DNA of 64,000 nt. Source: Camelus ferus (Eukaryota). The notes under the pieces are model-generated. The model was not told the DNA's origin. It did not search any database and was given only the letters and a program-made list of their open reading frames with translations. The translations under genes were made by a program, and so were the position numbers. This document shows, piece after piece, positions 24,501 through 42,828 of the stretch. Position 1 is the first letter of the stretch. Each line of letters starts with the position of its first letter. The stretch covers positions 18,786,001 to 18,850,000 of the forward strand of contig NC_045710.1 of assembly GCF_009834535.1 (NCBI RefSeq), given 5' to 3'.

Positions 24501-27123
24501 AACATATAATTGTTGAAATAAAACATTCAAAGGATGAATTAAATGACAGATTTCTCTCAGGAAGAGAAGACTGAAAAAATAACCTAGAATACAGCATTGG
24601 GAGATGAGAAGGTTGCGGATGAGAAGGTCTAACATATATCTAATCAGAGTCACAGAATGAGAGAATAAAGAGAATGGAGAAGAGGCAATATTATCCTAAT
24701 GGATAATCACAAAGAATTTTTCAAAACTGATGGAAGACATGAATCTACAGATAAGCATCTAGCCCAGTACTTGGCATTTGGTAGATATTTGGTGAATGTC
24801 TCTTCCTTTCTCGTTTGGTGGTGCAGGACTTCCTCTCTCTACCACCTTCCAGAATCCATAGAATGTGCTTTCATACTTCTTGGATGGTTTCAAACTCTCT
24901 AGATAGCTGTAAAACTGCCCTGAAGATGCTCTGATGGTGGAGCAGAGGGGGTAGTCCTCTCTTAGCAGCCCTGGCTGGGGTGGTAGGGGTGCAAGCTCTA
25001 GACCAGGTCCTCCAGCCCTAATTGCTGGCCTGTGTATGTGGCAGAGTGAGCTCAGTGATGGCATCGCAATGCTGGTGGCAGGCAATGACCGTGTGCAAGC
25101 AGTGATCACACAGATGGAGGAGGTGTGCCAGACCATTGAGGTGAGCCTGGGATGGGTGGGAGGGAAAGTTTCTGGGCTCTTAGAGGTGCATCACAAGTAG
25201 TGGGATGGGCTTACCCAGGCTGCTGAATCGCAGGTCTGTCCCTCACTAGCTCTGTGACTTTTGTCCAGTTACTTAACTTCTCTGTATTTGGATTGGCTTG
25301 ATTTTAAATACATAAAATAGTGATGGTGAGAATGATATGATGGCTACCTCACTGGATCTTTTTAAGAATTAAATGAGAGAACACAAGTGAAAACTAGGGC
25401 CAGAGATATAGACAGCACTCATGAAGTTTCTTTAAAATATCATTATTTGCTAAGAGAATAGATCTTAAAATTTCTCAAAGCAGAAATAAAATTTTTTTAA
25501 CTATGTGTGGTGATGGATGTTAACTAACCCTACTGTGATCATTTTGCAATATATACAAATATTGAATCATTACGTTGTACACTTGAAGCTAATATGTTAT
25601 ATGTCAATTAAACCTCAACAAAAATATATATCATTTTATTATTATTACTGAAAAAAAATCTGGGAATCAGCAGCCCTTGGCTAGAGTTCTAGCTCTGCCA
25701 CTAATTTGAGGTATAGTTGAGAAGTCACTTTTCTTTTTGGCTCTCTAATGAGGAGGGTGGGACAAACAGCCGGCTGCTCTCTCAGCTGTGAGGTCTCATC
25801 TTTGCTCCTGGTCTTTCAGGACAACAGCCGGAGGCAGAAGCAGTTGCTAAACCAGAGGTTTGAGGCCCTGTGTGCGGTGCTGGAGGAGCGAAAGGGTGAG
25901 CTACTGCAGGCGCTGGCCCGGGAGCAGGAGGAGAAGCTGCAGCGCGTCAGGGGCCTCATCCGCCAGTACGGAGACCACCTGGAGGCCTCCTCTAAGCTGG
26001 TGGAGTCCGCCATCCAGTCCATGGAGGAGCCGCAGATGGCGCTCTACCTGCAGGTGGGCCCTGGGGGAGGGTGGCAGGCTGCCTGGTGGCTGGAGTAGGG
26101 GCCTTGGCACCAGGAGACCACGTTCAAGTCTTATCTCTGGCACCTACTTGACCCACAGCCTTGGGCAAGGCACCCCCTCTGAGTCCGTTTTCTCCTTAAC
26201 GAATTGGGACGCGCATCCCCACCTACCCCGCAGGACTGTGGTGGGGATCAGAAATGGGACCGCCAGAGGCTGACGTAGTGCTTACTCTCACCCTCCTTTC
26301 TTCCCTGCAGCAGGCCAAGGAACTGATCAATAAGTGAGTAGATGGAGCGGGAAGGGAAAGAAGGGGCCGCGGGGGCTCCGCTGCCACGGGGGGGGGGGGG
26401 GGCTAAGGGGCTGGTAATTTCTAGCTGAGCCGCCGCCGCTGCCGCCGCTTCAGGGTCGGGGCAATGTCGAAGGTGGAGTTGGCTGGACGGCCAGAGCCGG
26501 GCTATGAAAGCATGGAGCAATTCACCGTGAGCGTGGAGCACTTGGCCGAAATGCTGAGGACCATCGACTTCCAGCCGGGTGAGGGAGCGAGGAAGGTAGG
26601 GGGCGGCGGGCCGCCGGGACCAGGCGTCCAGACCCTCCGGGTCGGGGCAGGGAGGGGCATGAAGGCCAGAGAATCAGGGACTTCAACTTACCCGGCCTTC
26701 CTTCGACCCAGGCGCTTCTAGGGAGGAAGAGGAGGAGGTAGCGCCGGACGGGGAAGAAGGCAGCGCAGGACCAGAGGAAGAGCGGCCAGGTGGGCCGGAA
26801 GGTGAGTGTGGCCATGGCGGGGCCCGGCTGGTACGCTCCAGCCCACTCCTCCAGCTATACCCCAGAATGCTGCATCAGGTTTGCTTGTAGCCCCTACTCC
26901 CAACCTCAACCAGGAGGGGCGCGCCCCCTAGCGCGCTTGCCGGAGTACAACTTCTTTTCCCACCATCCATTCCTCTGGGAGTTTGGGAGACCAGGTCCGG
27001 CGGGGAAGTGAAGGAGAAACCCTCGTGGCGGGGAAATGGGGGTGACTTGGGCTTCGGAGTTGCCTAGTTCCTTTGTAGTGCCTACCCACTGAGCTTTCTT
27101 TCCTAGGCACAGGCCTGCACTGA
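12393..27123 (+). CDS. TRIM54: Tripartite motif-containing 54 (MuRF3), RING-B-box-coiled-coil-COS, ~365 aa, 9 coding exons; start codon lies inside an N gap
   Basis: Exon 1 is visible at 12509-12560 ([17 protein letters not shown]|GT); the ATG is inferred at ~12393 from ortholog length. Further exons: 22712-22884 ([10 protein letters not shown]...RCPSCRHE), 23416-23587 (B-box [33 protein letters not shown]), 25045-25140, 25820-26053, 26311-26333, 26454-26578, 26712-26801 (acidic tail), 27107-27123 (GTGLH*). All GT-AG and frame-consistent. Confidence 0.95.
13415..13451. repeat. Alternating purine-pyrimidine (CA/CG) tract
   Basis: GCACACACGCATGCGCGCACGCACACATGCACACACA, 37 nt, strictly alternating. 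Confidence 0.9.
17370..18500. mobile_element. hAT-Charlie-type non-autonomous DNA transposon, interrupted by nested elements
   Basis: Degenerate TIRs CAGGAAGTAATC... (17370) and ...GTTAAGTTCTCCTG (18500); the internal Charlie-like sequence resumes at ~18118 after the nested inserts. Confidence 0.65.
17606..18012 (-). mobile_element. L1MA-type 3' end, 5'-truncated
   Basis: AGCTTTATTGAGGTATAATTGACA...CCCCTGGCAACCAC hallmark; imperfect ~17-nt TSD GTGGTATT(T)AAAATTT at 17588 and 18013. Confidence 0.8.
21110..21930. mobile_element. MaLR LTR (MLT1-type) fragments
   Basis: CAAGATGGCTGC...CCCACTGGCCAGAAC...GGTCACACCCA and TGATTGGTCC...GGTGATCACC segments typical of old MLT1 LTRs. Confidence 0.65.
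24130..24750 (+). mobile_element. Ancient L1 ORF1-region fragment
   Basis: A-rich degenerate ORF1 (GAAATAAAACATTCAAAGGATGAATTAAATGACAGA; CAAAACTGATGGAAGACATGAATCTACAGAT). Confidence 0.65.
25450..25625 (+). mobile_element. L1M 3' terminal fragment
   Basis: GTGGTGATGGATGTTAACTAAC...GTTGTACACTTGAAGCTAATATG...TCAATTAAACCTCAACAAAA. Confidence 0.75.
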
Positions 27124-27235
27124 CCCGCCCTTGTTGGGGAGCCCGGCACCGGGGCCGGGCGCTCTAGTCGTGAAAGATCTTAAGCAGAGACCACCGTGTC
27201 ACACAGCTCGACGCCACGCCGCGGGGGAGGGGCTC

Positions 27236-27241
27236 AATAAA
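27236..27241 (+). terminator. Polyadenylation signal AATAAA (TRIM54)
   Basis: Canonical hexamer 113 nt after the TGA at 27121-27123. Confidence 0.75.
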
Positions 27242-27644
27242 GGGCTAATGCGTCCCAATCCGCAGCTCCTTTCACTGCTCGCTGTCAGCCTTCGCTTCGC
27301 AGACGATCGCATCACCATCCCGCCCTCTCCAAATCTGGGACCATTTTGGCGGCGGAAGTGGAATGAACCCCTGTTGGGCACCTCTGTCATATTAGGCACG
27401 GATTCCCCAGCCCAGTGCCAAGGGATGAGGGTCGGGGTGGTGCAGCGCCACCAGGGCTTGAGTTCCTGGGAGACATGGGGGATGACGGAGACCCCAGGAC
27501 CCTGGCAGAAAGCCTTTTTTGCGGAGCCTTCTGGCAGCATCTGGTTCCCTCCCGCTGGCCTGGGAGGCCCCACTTGCCCACGGGTTCCCACCCTGCTGTG
27601 GTTCCCCTCTTCCCCGCAACAGAGGCCAACGGCTCTTCAGCACT

Positions 27645-27650
27645 TTTATT
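27645..27650 (-). terminator. Polyadenylation signal AATAAA (UCN)
   Basis: TTTATT on the + strand, about 145 nt past the UCN stop codon. Confidence 0.75.
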
Positions 27651-27793
27651 AAAAACTAGTAATACGGAGAGTGCTCAGGGTATCCCTAGGCCGCGCTAGC
27701 CCCGCGGAACTGGATCAGTTCCTGTCACACGCATGTCCCAGCTTGGGGATAGAGGATGGGGGTCGAGGTTTTCGGGGACCCAGACCCCGCGGA

Positions 27794-28174
27794 TCACTTG
27801 CCCACCGAGTCGAATATGATGCGGTTCTGTTCGGCGCGCTCCCGCTGACTCTGCGTCCGCGCCAGTTCCAGCAGGGTCCGCAGCAGGTGGAAGGTGAGGT
27901 CAATGGAGAGTGGAGGGTCGTCCCGTCGCGGCCGCTCGCCTGCGATCCCGGGTCCCCAACCGCCTTGTCCGGCGTGGCGCGGGAAGCGCTCCGCCAGCAG
28001 CAAGAGGAGCGCGCGGGCCCCACCACCGTGGTTCCGCGTCCTCGGGCTCCAGCGCAGACTCGGGTCCTGGACCCCGGCCGCCGCCGTCCTCGGGTTCCAC
28101 TGGCTGCTCCCCGGGCGCAGCTGTGCCAGGAGCAGCAGCGCAGCCAGCAGCGCCGCGCGTCCCGCCAGCCTCAT
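27794..28174 (-). CDS. UCN: Urocortin (CRF-family) precursor, 126 aa, single coding exon
   Basis: [24 protein letters not shown] signal peptide; RPRR cleavage site; mature 40-mer [40 protein letters not shown] followed by the amidation signal GK*. Kozak GGCACCATG. Acceptor TGTGTCCAG| with exon 2 starting at 28187. Confidence 0.97.
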   Translation of the reverse strand: MRLAGRAALLAALLLLAQLRPGSSQWNPRTAAAGVQDPSLRWSPRTRNHGGGARALLLLLAERFPRHAGQGGWGPGIAGERPRRDDPPLSIDLTFHLLRTLLELARTQSQRERAEQNRIIFDSVGK

Positions 28175-28448
28175 GGTGCCACCAACCCTGGACACACAGG
28201 AGCAGCGCAGGGTGAGGTGCGTCTGGGGCAGTCGTAGGTGGTGCCACTCCCCTTCCCGCGCACTTCCAGCGCCCCTGCCGGGCCCCTGAGACTGCCGCCC
28301 GGTGCCCACAGCCTTCTCTCCAGCCCCGGCCGCTGCCCAGTTCTTTGCCACCCTTTTCTTCCTCCCTCCCTCTTAGTGGGTCGCGGTAGGTGAGCTGAGC
28401 GCAGTTCTGGTGCTGAGGGAATCTGGGCAGATGCTCAGAGCCACTCAC

Positions 28449-28600
28449 AGGTTGCCGGAGAGCGTCTGCACGGTGCAGGACGGAGCTCCAGTCTCTGACC
28501 CTCGGGGCGGGCTGAGGGGGCCTTGGGGAACACAGGGTCTGTCCCGGGACCGCCGCCAGCCTTATATAGCACCAGGACAGCTCCGACTGACGTCAGCGAG
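28449..28600 (-). promoter_or_regulatory. UCN: UCN non-coding exon 1 and core promoter (TATA + CRE)
   Basis: Donor CCT|GTGAGT at 28448 (261-nt intron); TATATAA on the - strand at 28562-28568; perfect CRE TGACGTCA at 28588-28595. Confidence 0.85.
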
Positions 28601-29326
28601 GAACATGCACTGGTTGTAGAGCAATAAACGGCCGCAGCTTCGAGTCCGATCCATTGCGGCTGTGAAGACCCGGAGGGGCGCGCCTCAGGACACTAGCCTC
28701 TTCGCGTCTCTGGAAGTGACACCGGACTCAAGAAAGCGAGAAGCCAGCTAGGGCATAAAAATTGCTCTGGGAGCCATGAGTTTTTCACCCGCTTAGAACA
28801 GCCGGCAGTGACTAGGGGTCCCATCCCCAGACCAGATTAGTCCAGATCTCCAGCCTTCTCTGGCAGACGAAGGGAGGCTGGACCGTGGGGCTGTCCGTGG
28901 TGCTGACCTTGTCCTTAGCCTCAGAAGAGGCCAGAGGCACTGGGAAAACGCTGTGCTGCTCAGACCTAGTCCCTTGCCCTAGCAATCAGTTCTGTAAATG
29001 GAGGCATCAGGACAGCACCGATGGCACTCAGCTACTACCATGGTACCCACCCAAGAGGCAGCTGAAGCAGCTTGAGCTGCCAGTATTCTTGATCTTATTC
29101 AAGCCCCAGGACCTGAATTCTAGGGCTGTCTGACTGAGGTACCATGAAAAAGAGGGTCTCTACACTCAGGGTACATTCAGACAACAAAAGGCTAATCCAT
29201 CTGCTTTTGTGGGTTTGCCACAAGGCAGGAGTTTAGCCAAGTTAAGTTTTCTCTTGGGAATCACAGCAGCAGCATTATCTTTGACCCTCCAGGTTAAGAT
29301 CACTGGGTAGGAAGTAAGGAAACTTG

Positions 29327-29626
29327 ATGTCAGTCTGTTTGAGCTGCTGTAACAAAAACACCATAAACTGAGTGGCTTATAAACAACAAACCTTTATTTC
29401 TCACAGTTCAGGAGACTGGGAAGTCCAAGATAATGGTGCCAGTAGGTTTGGTGTCTGCTTTCTGATTCATAGATGGCATCTTCTTGCTGTGTCCTCACAT
29501 GGACTCTTGCTTTGCCCTTATGATTTAATCACTTCCCAAAGGCCCCCACCTCCTAATACCATCACCTTGGGCATTAGGTTTTCACCATACTAATTTGGGG
29601 AGGATATGAACATTTAATCTATAGCA
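29327..29626. mobile_element. MaLR LTR (MLT1A-like) solo LTR
   Basis: GCTGCTGTAACAAAAACACCATAAACTGAGTGGCTTATAAACAAC...AATCACTTCCCAAAGGCCCC...TATAGCA hallmark. Confidence 0.85.
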
Positions 29627-30244
29627 CATGGGTTCAAGTTTCTACTCTGCCACAAACTCGTGGTGTCAACAGGTCACCTCACTTCTGTGGACCCCAGTGT
29701 CCTCATCTAAAACAGGAGACTGGGCTTGGTGTTCTCCAGGCTTCTTTCCAAGCTCTAGAAAATTCAACTCCCCAGTAGTTTTCTGCTAAGTCTTACTTAT
29801 TGCCTCTGTAGGTTGTGGATGACCTACTTAGTAACATATTTATGGAGGCACCATATAAAGGGTTTGAGGGGATCTCCCAAAATGGAGCTACACTAGGGCT
29901 GGGGAGGTTTAGAAAAACAAATGTGTGCCCATGAAGAATGGGGATGAGTGGCATTTGCAAGGATATGAGTATAAACCAAAGTTGACAAACTCATATAGTT
30001 CAACAAGTACTTATGGAGTGCCTACTATGTGGTGGCTATAAGACCATTATCAAGGTTTTGGTGATTTCAGTAGGAGTCAGGTTACATTTTAGAGTGAAAT
30101 TGCCTTTCAGAGTGTTAATCCCATCAAGTTCTGCCCAGGCATCGAACCCCGTGAAAACTGATGTGCCCACTTTGAGGAGGTGGTCTGACCCTTCCAGGGT
30201 CAAGCTGTATCACTGCAAGGTGGAAACAATAGAGTGAGGCAGGC

Positions 30245-38967
<8,723 letters not shown>

Positions 38968-39440
38968 TCACACTCACTGCCCCTCCCTACAATTAAAGAA
39001 ACACTCATCTTTCCCTTCTGCCCACTTCCTCTCCCCTTTCCGTTTCCAGTAAGTCCTAAGGGGCAGAGGCTTCCTGTACAGGTTCCTCTTACAGGGGTCG
39101 CCTTAGACAATCAGGGAAGAGAGGAAGGCTGTGGGCGGCTATGGAATCCCAACGGCAGCCACCCGCCCACCCCACCCCCAGCCCCGAAGCACGGTTTTCT
39201 TGGGGCCTCCGTCCTGACCGAGACACACAGGAGGAAAGGTTTGCTCTGGCTTTCATCCAGAGCCTGGTCGGTCTCCAAATTCAGACTCTTAGTTGGAACC
39301 AGACCGCATCCTCCCTGACTCCAACTACACACCGGAAATAGAGCCTCTGACTCCCTGGGGCCTGGAACGGTCACCCGCGCTGCAGGAGCCCCGTGCGTGG
39401 GGCGCTTTAAGCCGGTCATTGCGGATCTCCCGCTACTCAC

Positions 39441-39620
39441 CTGTGCGCGAGCTCAGCCCCTACCACGTGACCTGAACGGGAGGGACTTCCGCCCCAGATC
39501 CCGCCCCTTCCGCTAGGCTGCTCGCGAGGCTTTCCCCTGCATCCAGAGCAGGAATGGGAGTGGACTGCGCCGCTAATACCTGCGGAGGGCGGCTCCGCTC
39601 GGTGTGCGCCGGCTCTTGGT
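39441..39620 (-). promoter_or_regulatory. MPV17: MPV17 non-coding exon 1 and CpG promoter
   Basis: Donor CAG|GTGAGT at 39440; E-box GTCACGTG at 39464-39471; ETS ACTTCCG at 39485-39491; GC boxes around 39490-39510; CpG-rich ~39140-39760; T16 run at 39825-39840. Confidence 0.75.
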
Positions 39621-41944
39621 GTGGGGCTCGCCTGCCATACTTCCCACTTGGGTCCGACTTCTGCCCCCTGCCCCTTCTCTCCCCGGTGCCAGGGCCTCAA
39701 CCTAGAAAGACCCTCACTGTTGCCGCGTCCGGAACTGGCCAAGGTCCTGACATCCTCCTCGGTCTCAAGAATCATAGTTTGGAAACTATGATTAGCCATA
39801 GTTAATTGCGTGCGTATGGGTGGGTTTTTTTTTTTTTTTTAAGTGTCTCTATGTTCTTCACTAGCCTCAACTGTGAGCTCCGAATGGGTGGAACTGGGTC
39901 TTGTTCGTATTTGTCATCCTCACAGCAACTAGTTCAATGCTTTGTCCACAGTAGTCTTTAGAAACGCTGCGTAAAGATGACTCCTCCAATAAAAGCACTG
40001 GAATTACTGAACTTCAGCACATTTAGGTACTGGTTTCATAACTAGTGGGCTGTGCAGCTTTCGTCATCACTAGCCTTGAACTTAACGTTCCTCACCTGTG
40101 AAATGAGAAGGTCAGACTATGCATTTTTTGAAACTGGACTCCTCAGTTTTGGAGGTTTATAGAGGTTTGGAGAGGAAGCATCACAGGTTCTTCTTTACCT
40201 CAACTTTTTTTTTTCTTTTAATGTGTATGCTTCTATAAAGAGCCACTTTTAAGCAAAGGGGCCCACAACTAAAAGTGTTTGGAAACCAATAGGTTAGGTG
40301 ACTTCCTTTCCAGCTCTAACATTTTAAAATTTTGTGAATATAGTGCAACATCCTTTCTAGGGTGGTGGAAACTCCTGGGAGTAGATTTGTCAGGCTGGCA
40401 GCCTTTGCCTAATTATCTCCAGGGAGCCCACATTTTAGGAGACAGCCATATCTGACTCTTTCAGGCTCTCTACCTGGTTAGCTCCAGCTCCAATGTACTC
40501 AATCCCTGTATGATTAAGGCAGGGAGAATCCCGTCACAGACACTGCAGAAACCTAGTAAGGAAGCAAGGGAATTCGATGCCACAGGTTTCTGTATGAAAA
40601 ACACCATGTTAGAGGAGTGAATTTACAGTAGTAAATGTAATAGGAGACTAAATATGCTAAGTTGGAAAGTTGTATTCTGAAGTCAGACTGTCTAGGTTCA
40701 AACCCCAACAACACCAATCAGTAGTTATATGACCTCATTCAAAGTGCTTAACCTCTCAGAATCTTATCTTTACGATGTAAAATGGAGCAATACCAACTTC
40801 ATAGGATTAAATAACATATGCTAAAGTATCTGAAGTAGATCAAGTGCTTAATAAACACTTGTTTATCCTCTTTTCCTTCCTTTCCTCTTGGGAACACATG
40901 GGAGGGAGACTAATTTTACCAGAGATATCTGGGAAGCTCCTTGATGAAGGTGGTATTTGAGCTGGGACCTTAAAGGATGAATAGGATTTAGGTGGAGATG
41001 GCAGAAAAGTACACTCCAAGAGAGACTATTGTGAGCAAAGGCACAAAGAAGTACAAGAACCCTTGGATAATATGAAGTGGATATATTGGGAGGGAAGATT
41101 GGATGGGGAGTGGCCTGGGGAGAAAAGGGTTTATGGGAGAGAAAAAGTGCAAGGGCTGAAAGCATCTTCCTGATTTTCCTTTGGAGGTTGAGATTAGGGC
41201 AGAGACTCGGCAGCAGGTGTAGGGCTGCCTACACCAACCTTCCACCTCAACAGTGTGAAATGTTGAGGTCCCATCTTTTCTAGCTCTGAGAGTGGGATTT
41301 CATGATGCAGTGTCAAGGGGCCTCTGTGTAGAATGAGCAAAGCTGCTCTGCAATGGGAAGCACTTCCCACTAGTCCTCTCAAAAACAAAACTGGCATAAC
41401 CTGAGCTGGATCACAACAGGATGGTGCAATACCTGGCTCCTTTGCACTGACGTGGGTTGCAGTCACTCTGCTGCTAACAGACTAGGTTGCCTCCAGGTCT
41501 GTTTCCTCTTCCATACAGGGAAGAAATTTAACTACTTGATTCTTTTCCTCTTAAAGGGGATATTTTAACATATAAGTTCCCTACACTGGAGAGGCAGAAA
41601 GCTGTTCCCAGATACTTGGCCAATCAGTCTAGAGTGCCAGTTTTGTTCCAGGTAGGCACTGAACTAATCTCCATTCTCTTCAATAGGAACAGGCTGCATG
41701 TTTTTCTCTATTTCCTGAAGTCATCTGACTACTTCCCCCCAAAACCTCAGATTGTACTCATACATTCTAAGACTATGGTTTGCCTACTCCTTGCTGGTGT
41801 CTATCCTTGCTTAGAAGGCAATATTACAGTCACTGTGAATCTGCAACATCTCACAAGAGGGCTCTAACAAGATGAGATATAATACACTACTTTACTTGGG
41901 TTCTCAACGTCTCCTATATAGTTGAAATAAAGTAGCTAACCATG

Positions 41945-41950
41945 TTTAAT
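41945..41950 (-). terminator. Probable polyadenylation signal ATTAAA (GTF3C2)
   Basis: TTTAAT on the + strand, about 880 nt past the stop codon; use is inferred. Confidence 0.45.
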
Positions 41951-41984
41951 AAGTCAACAATGCCATAGAATCACGAAGGATCAA

Positions 41985-42260
41985 AAATCATGACGTGTAA
42001 AGAATGGTTAAAGTAACTGAAGATATTTAATCTACAGAAGAAAAGACTTGGGAAACATGATAGCTATTTTTAAATACTTAAAAGGGCAATCACAGGGAAG
42101 AATGACTATATTTCCTAACACCCACGGTAAAATTTATAGAGGTAAGCTCTTTGACTTGATATAAAGGAAGATTTTTTTAAAACATGACTGGGGGTGTTCA
42201 AGAAGGGTCAGATGACCAGTGATTGGGAATATTTCATAAGCAGGAGCAAGTTAAGATCTG
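41985..42260 (+). mobile_element. L3/CR1 LINE 3' fragment
   Basis: Degenerate match to the CR1 ORF2 C-terminal motif EERLKELGxFSLEKRRLRGDMIxxFKYLKG (AAAGAATGGTTAAAGTAACTGAAG...CATGATAGCTATTTTTAAATACTTAAAAGG). Confidence 0.7.
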
Positions 42261-42828
42261 AACCACTGTTCTGTTGGCAGGGTGTTTGCGGTGTTCCTTA
42301 GTTAAGGAAGCACTATGAGCAGCTTCAGTCCAATAAATTACTATCACCCCCTTGTGGGCCTGTGTGTTGGGTACTCAAAAGAGTTGGGAAGGCAGTAATA
42401 TTGGATCCTGGAATACAGTCAGACAGGAGCCTTCATGCAGATACCTTTTCCAGTTCTCCAAACACCCACTCACATGTGGTCTCAAAAACACCCAGTACCT
42501 TTACTTAGCTTTACCCACTTCACAATATGCTCAATATGAGCAATCTGACTCCCAAGCCTAGGTCAGGCCTGAGTGTTTCTTGTGAGTCATGGTTCTAGGC
42601 TGAGGAGCCTTGAGAGTTAGCAGAGGGAGAGCCCCCCTGCCCGCGGGGAGCTGTGATGACAGGAGAAGTCTGTGGAAGGAGAGGGATCTAAGGAGTCCTG
42701 GGGAGGCAGGTCTAAAGGTCCAGGCCTGGCAGCATCACTGTCCAGGAAGGCCCCAGTTCCTATGGCTGTGTGCTTGGGGCCAACTGTTCTTGGCAGATTT
42801 CATTCCAAGGGTCCTATGGGGACCACAA

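Larger units (their letters stand above)
25850..28800. promoter_or_regulatory. CpG island covering TRIM54 exons 5-9 and all of UCN
   Basis: Visibly high GC and CpG density compared with the flanks; boundaries estimated by eye. Confidence 0.75.

Noticed and set aside
27671-28237. 188-aa + strand ORF and other long ORFs overlapping UCN
   Set aside because: Antisense shadow ORFs expected in very GC-rich coding DNA; no recognisable domain or start context.
28175-28351. 59-aa N-terminal extension of UCN suggested by the ORF track
   Set aside because: Lies mostly in the 261-nt intron (28188-28448); the real start is the Kozak ATG at 28174, which precedes the signal peptide.
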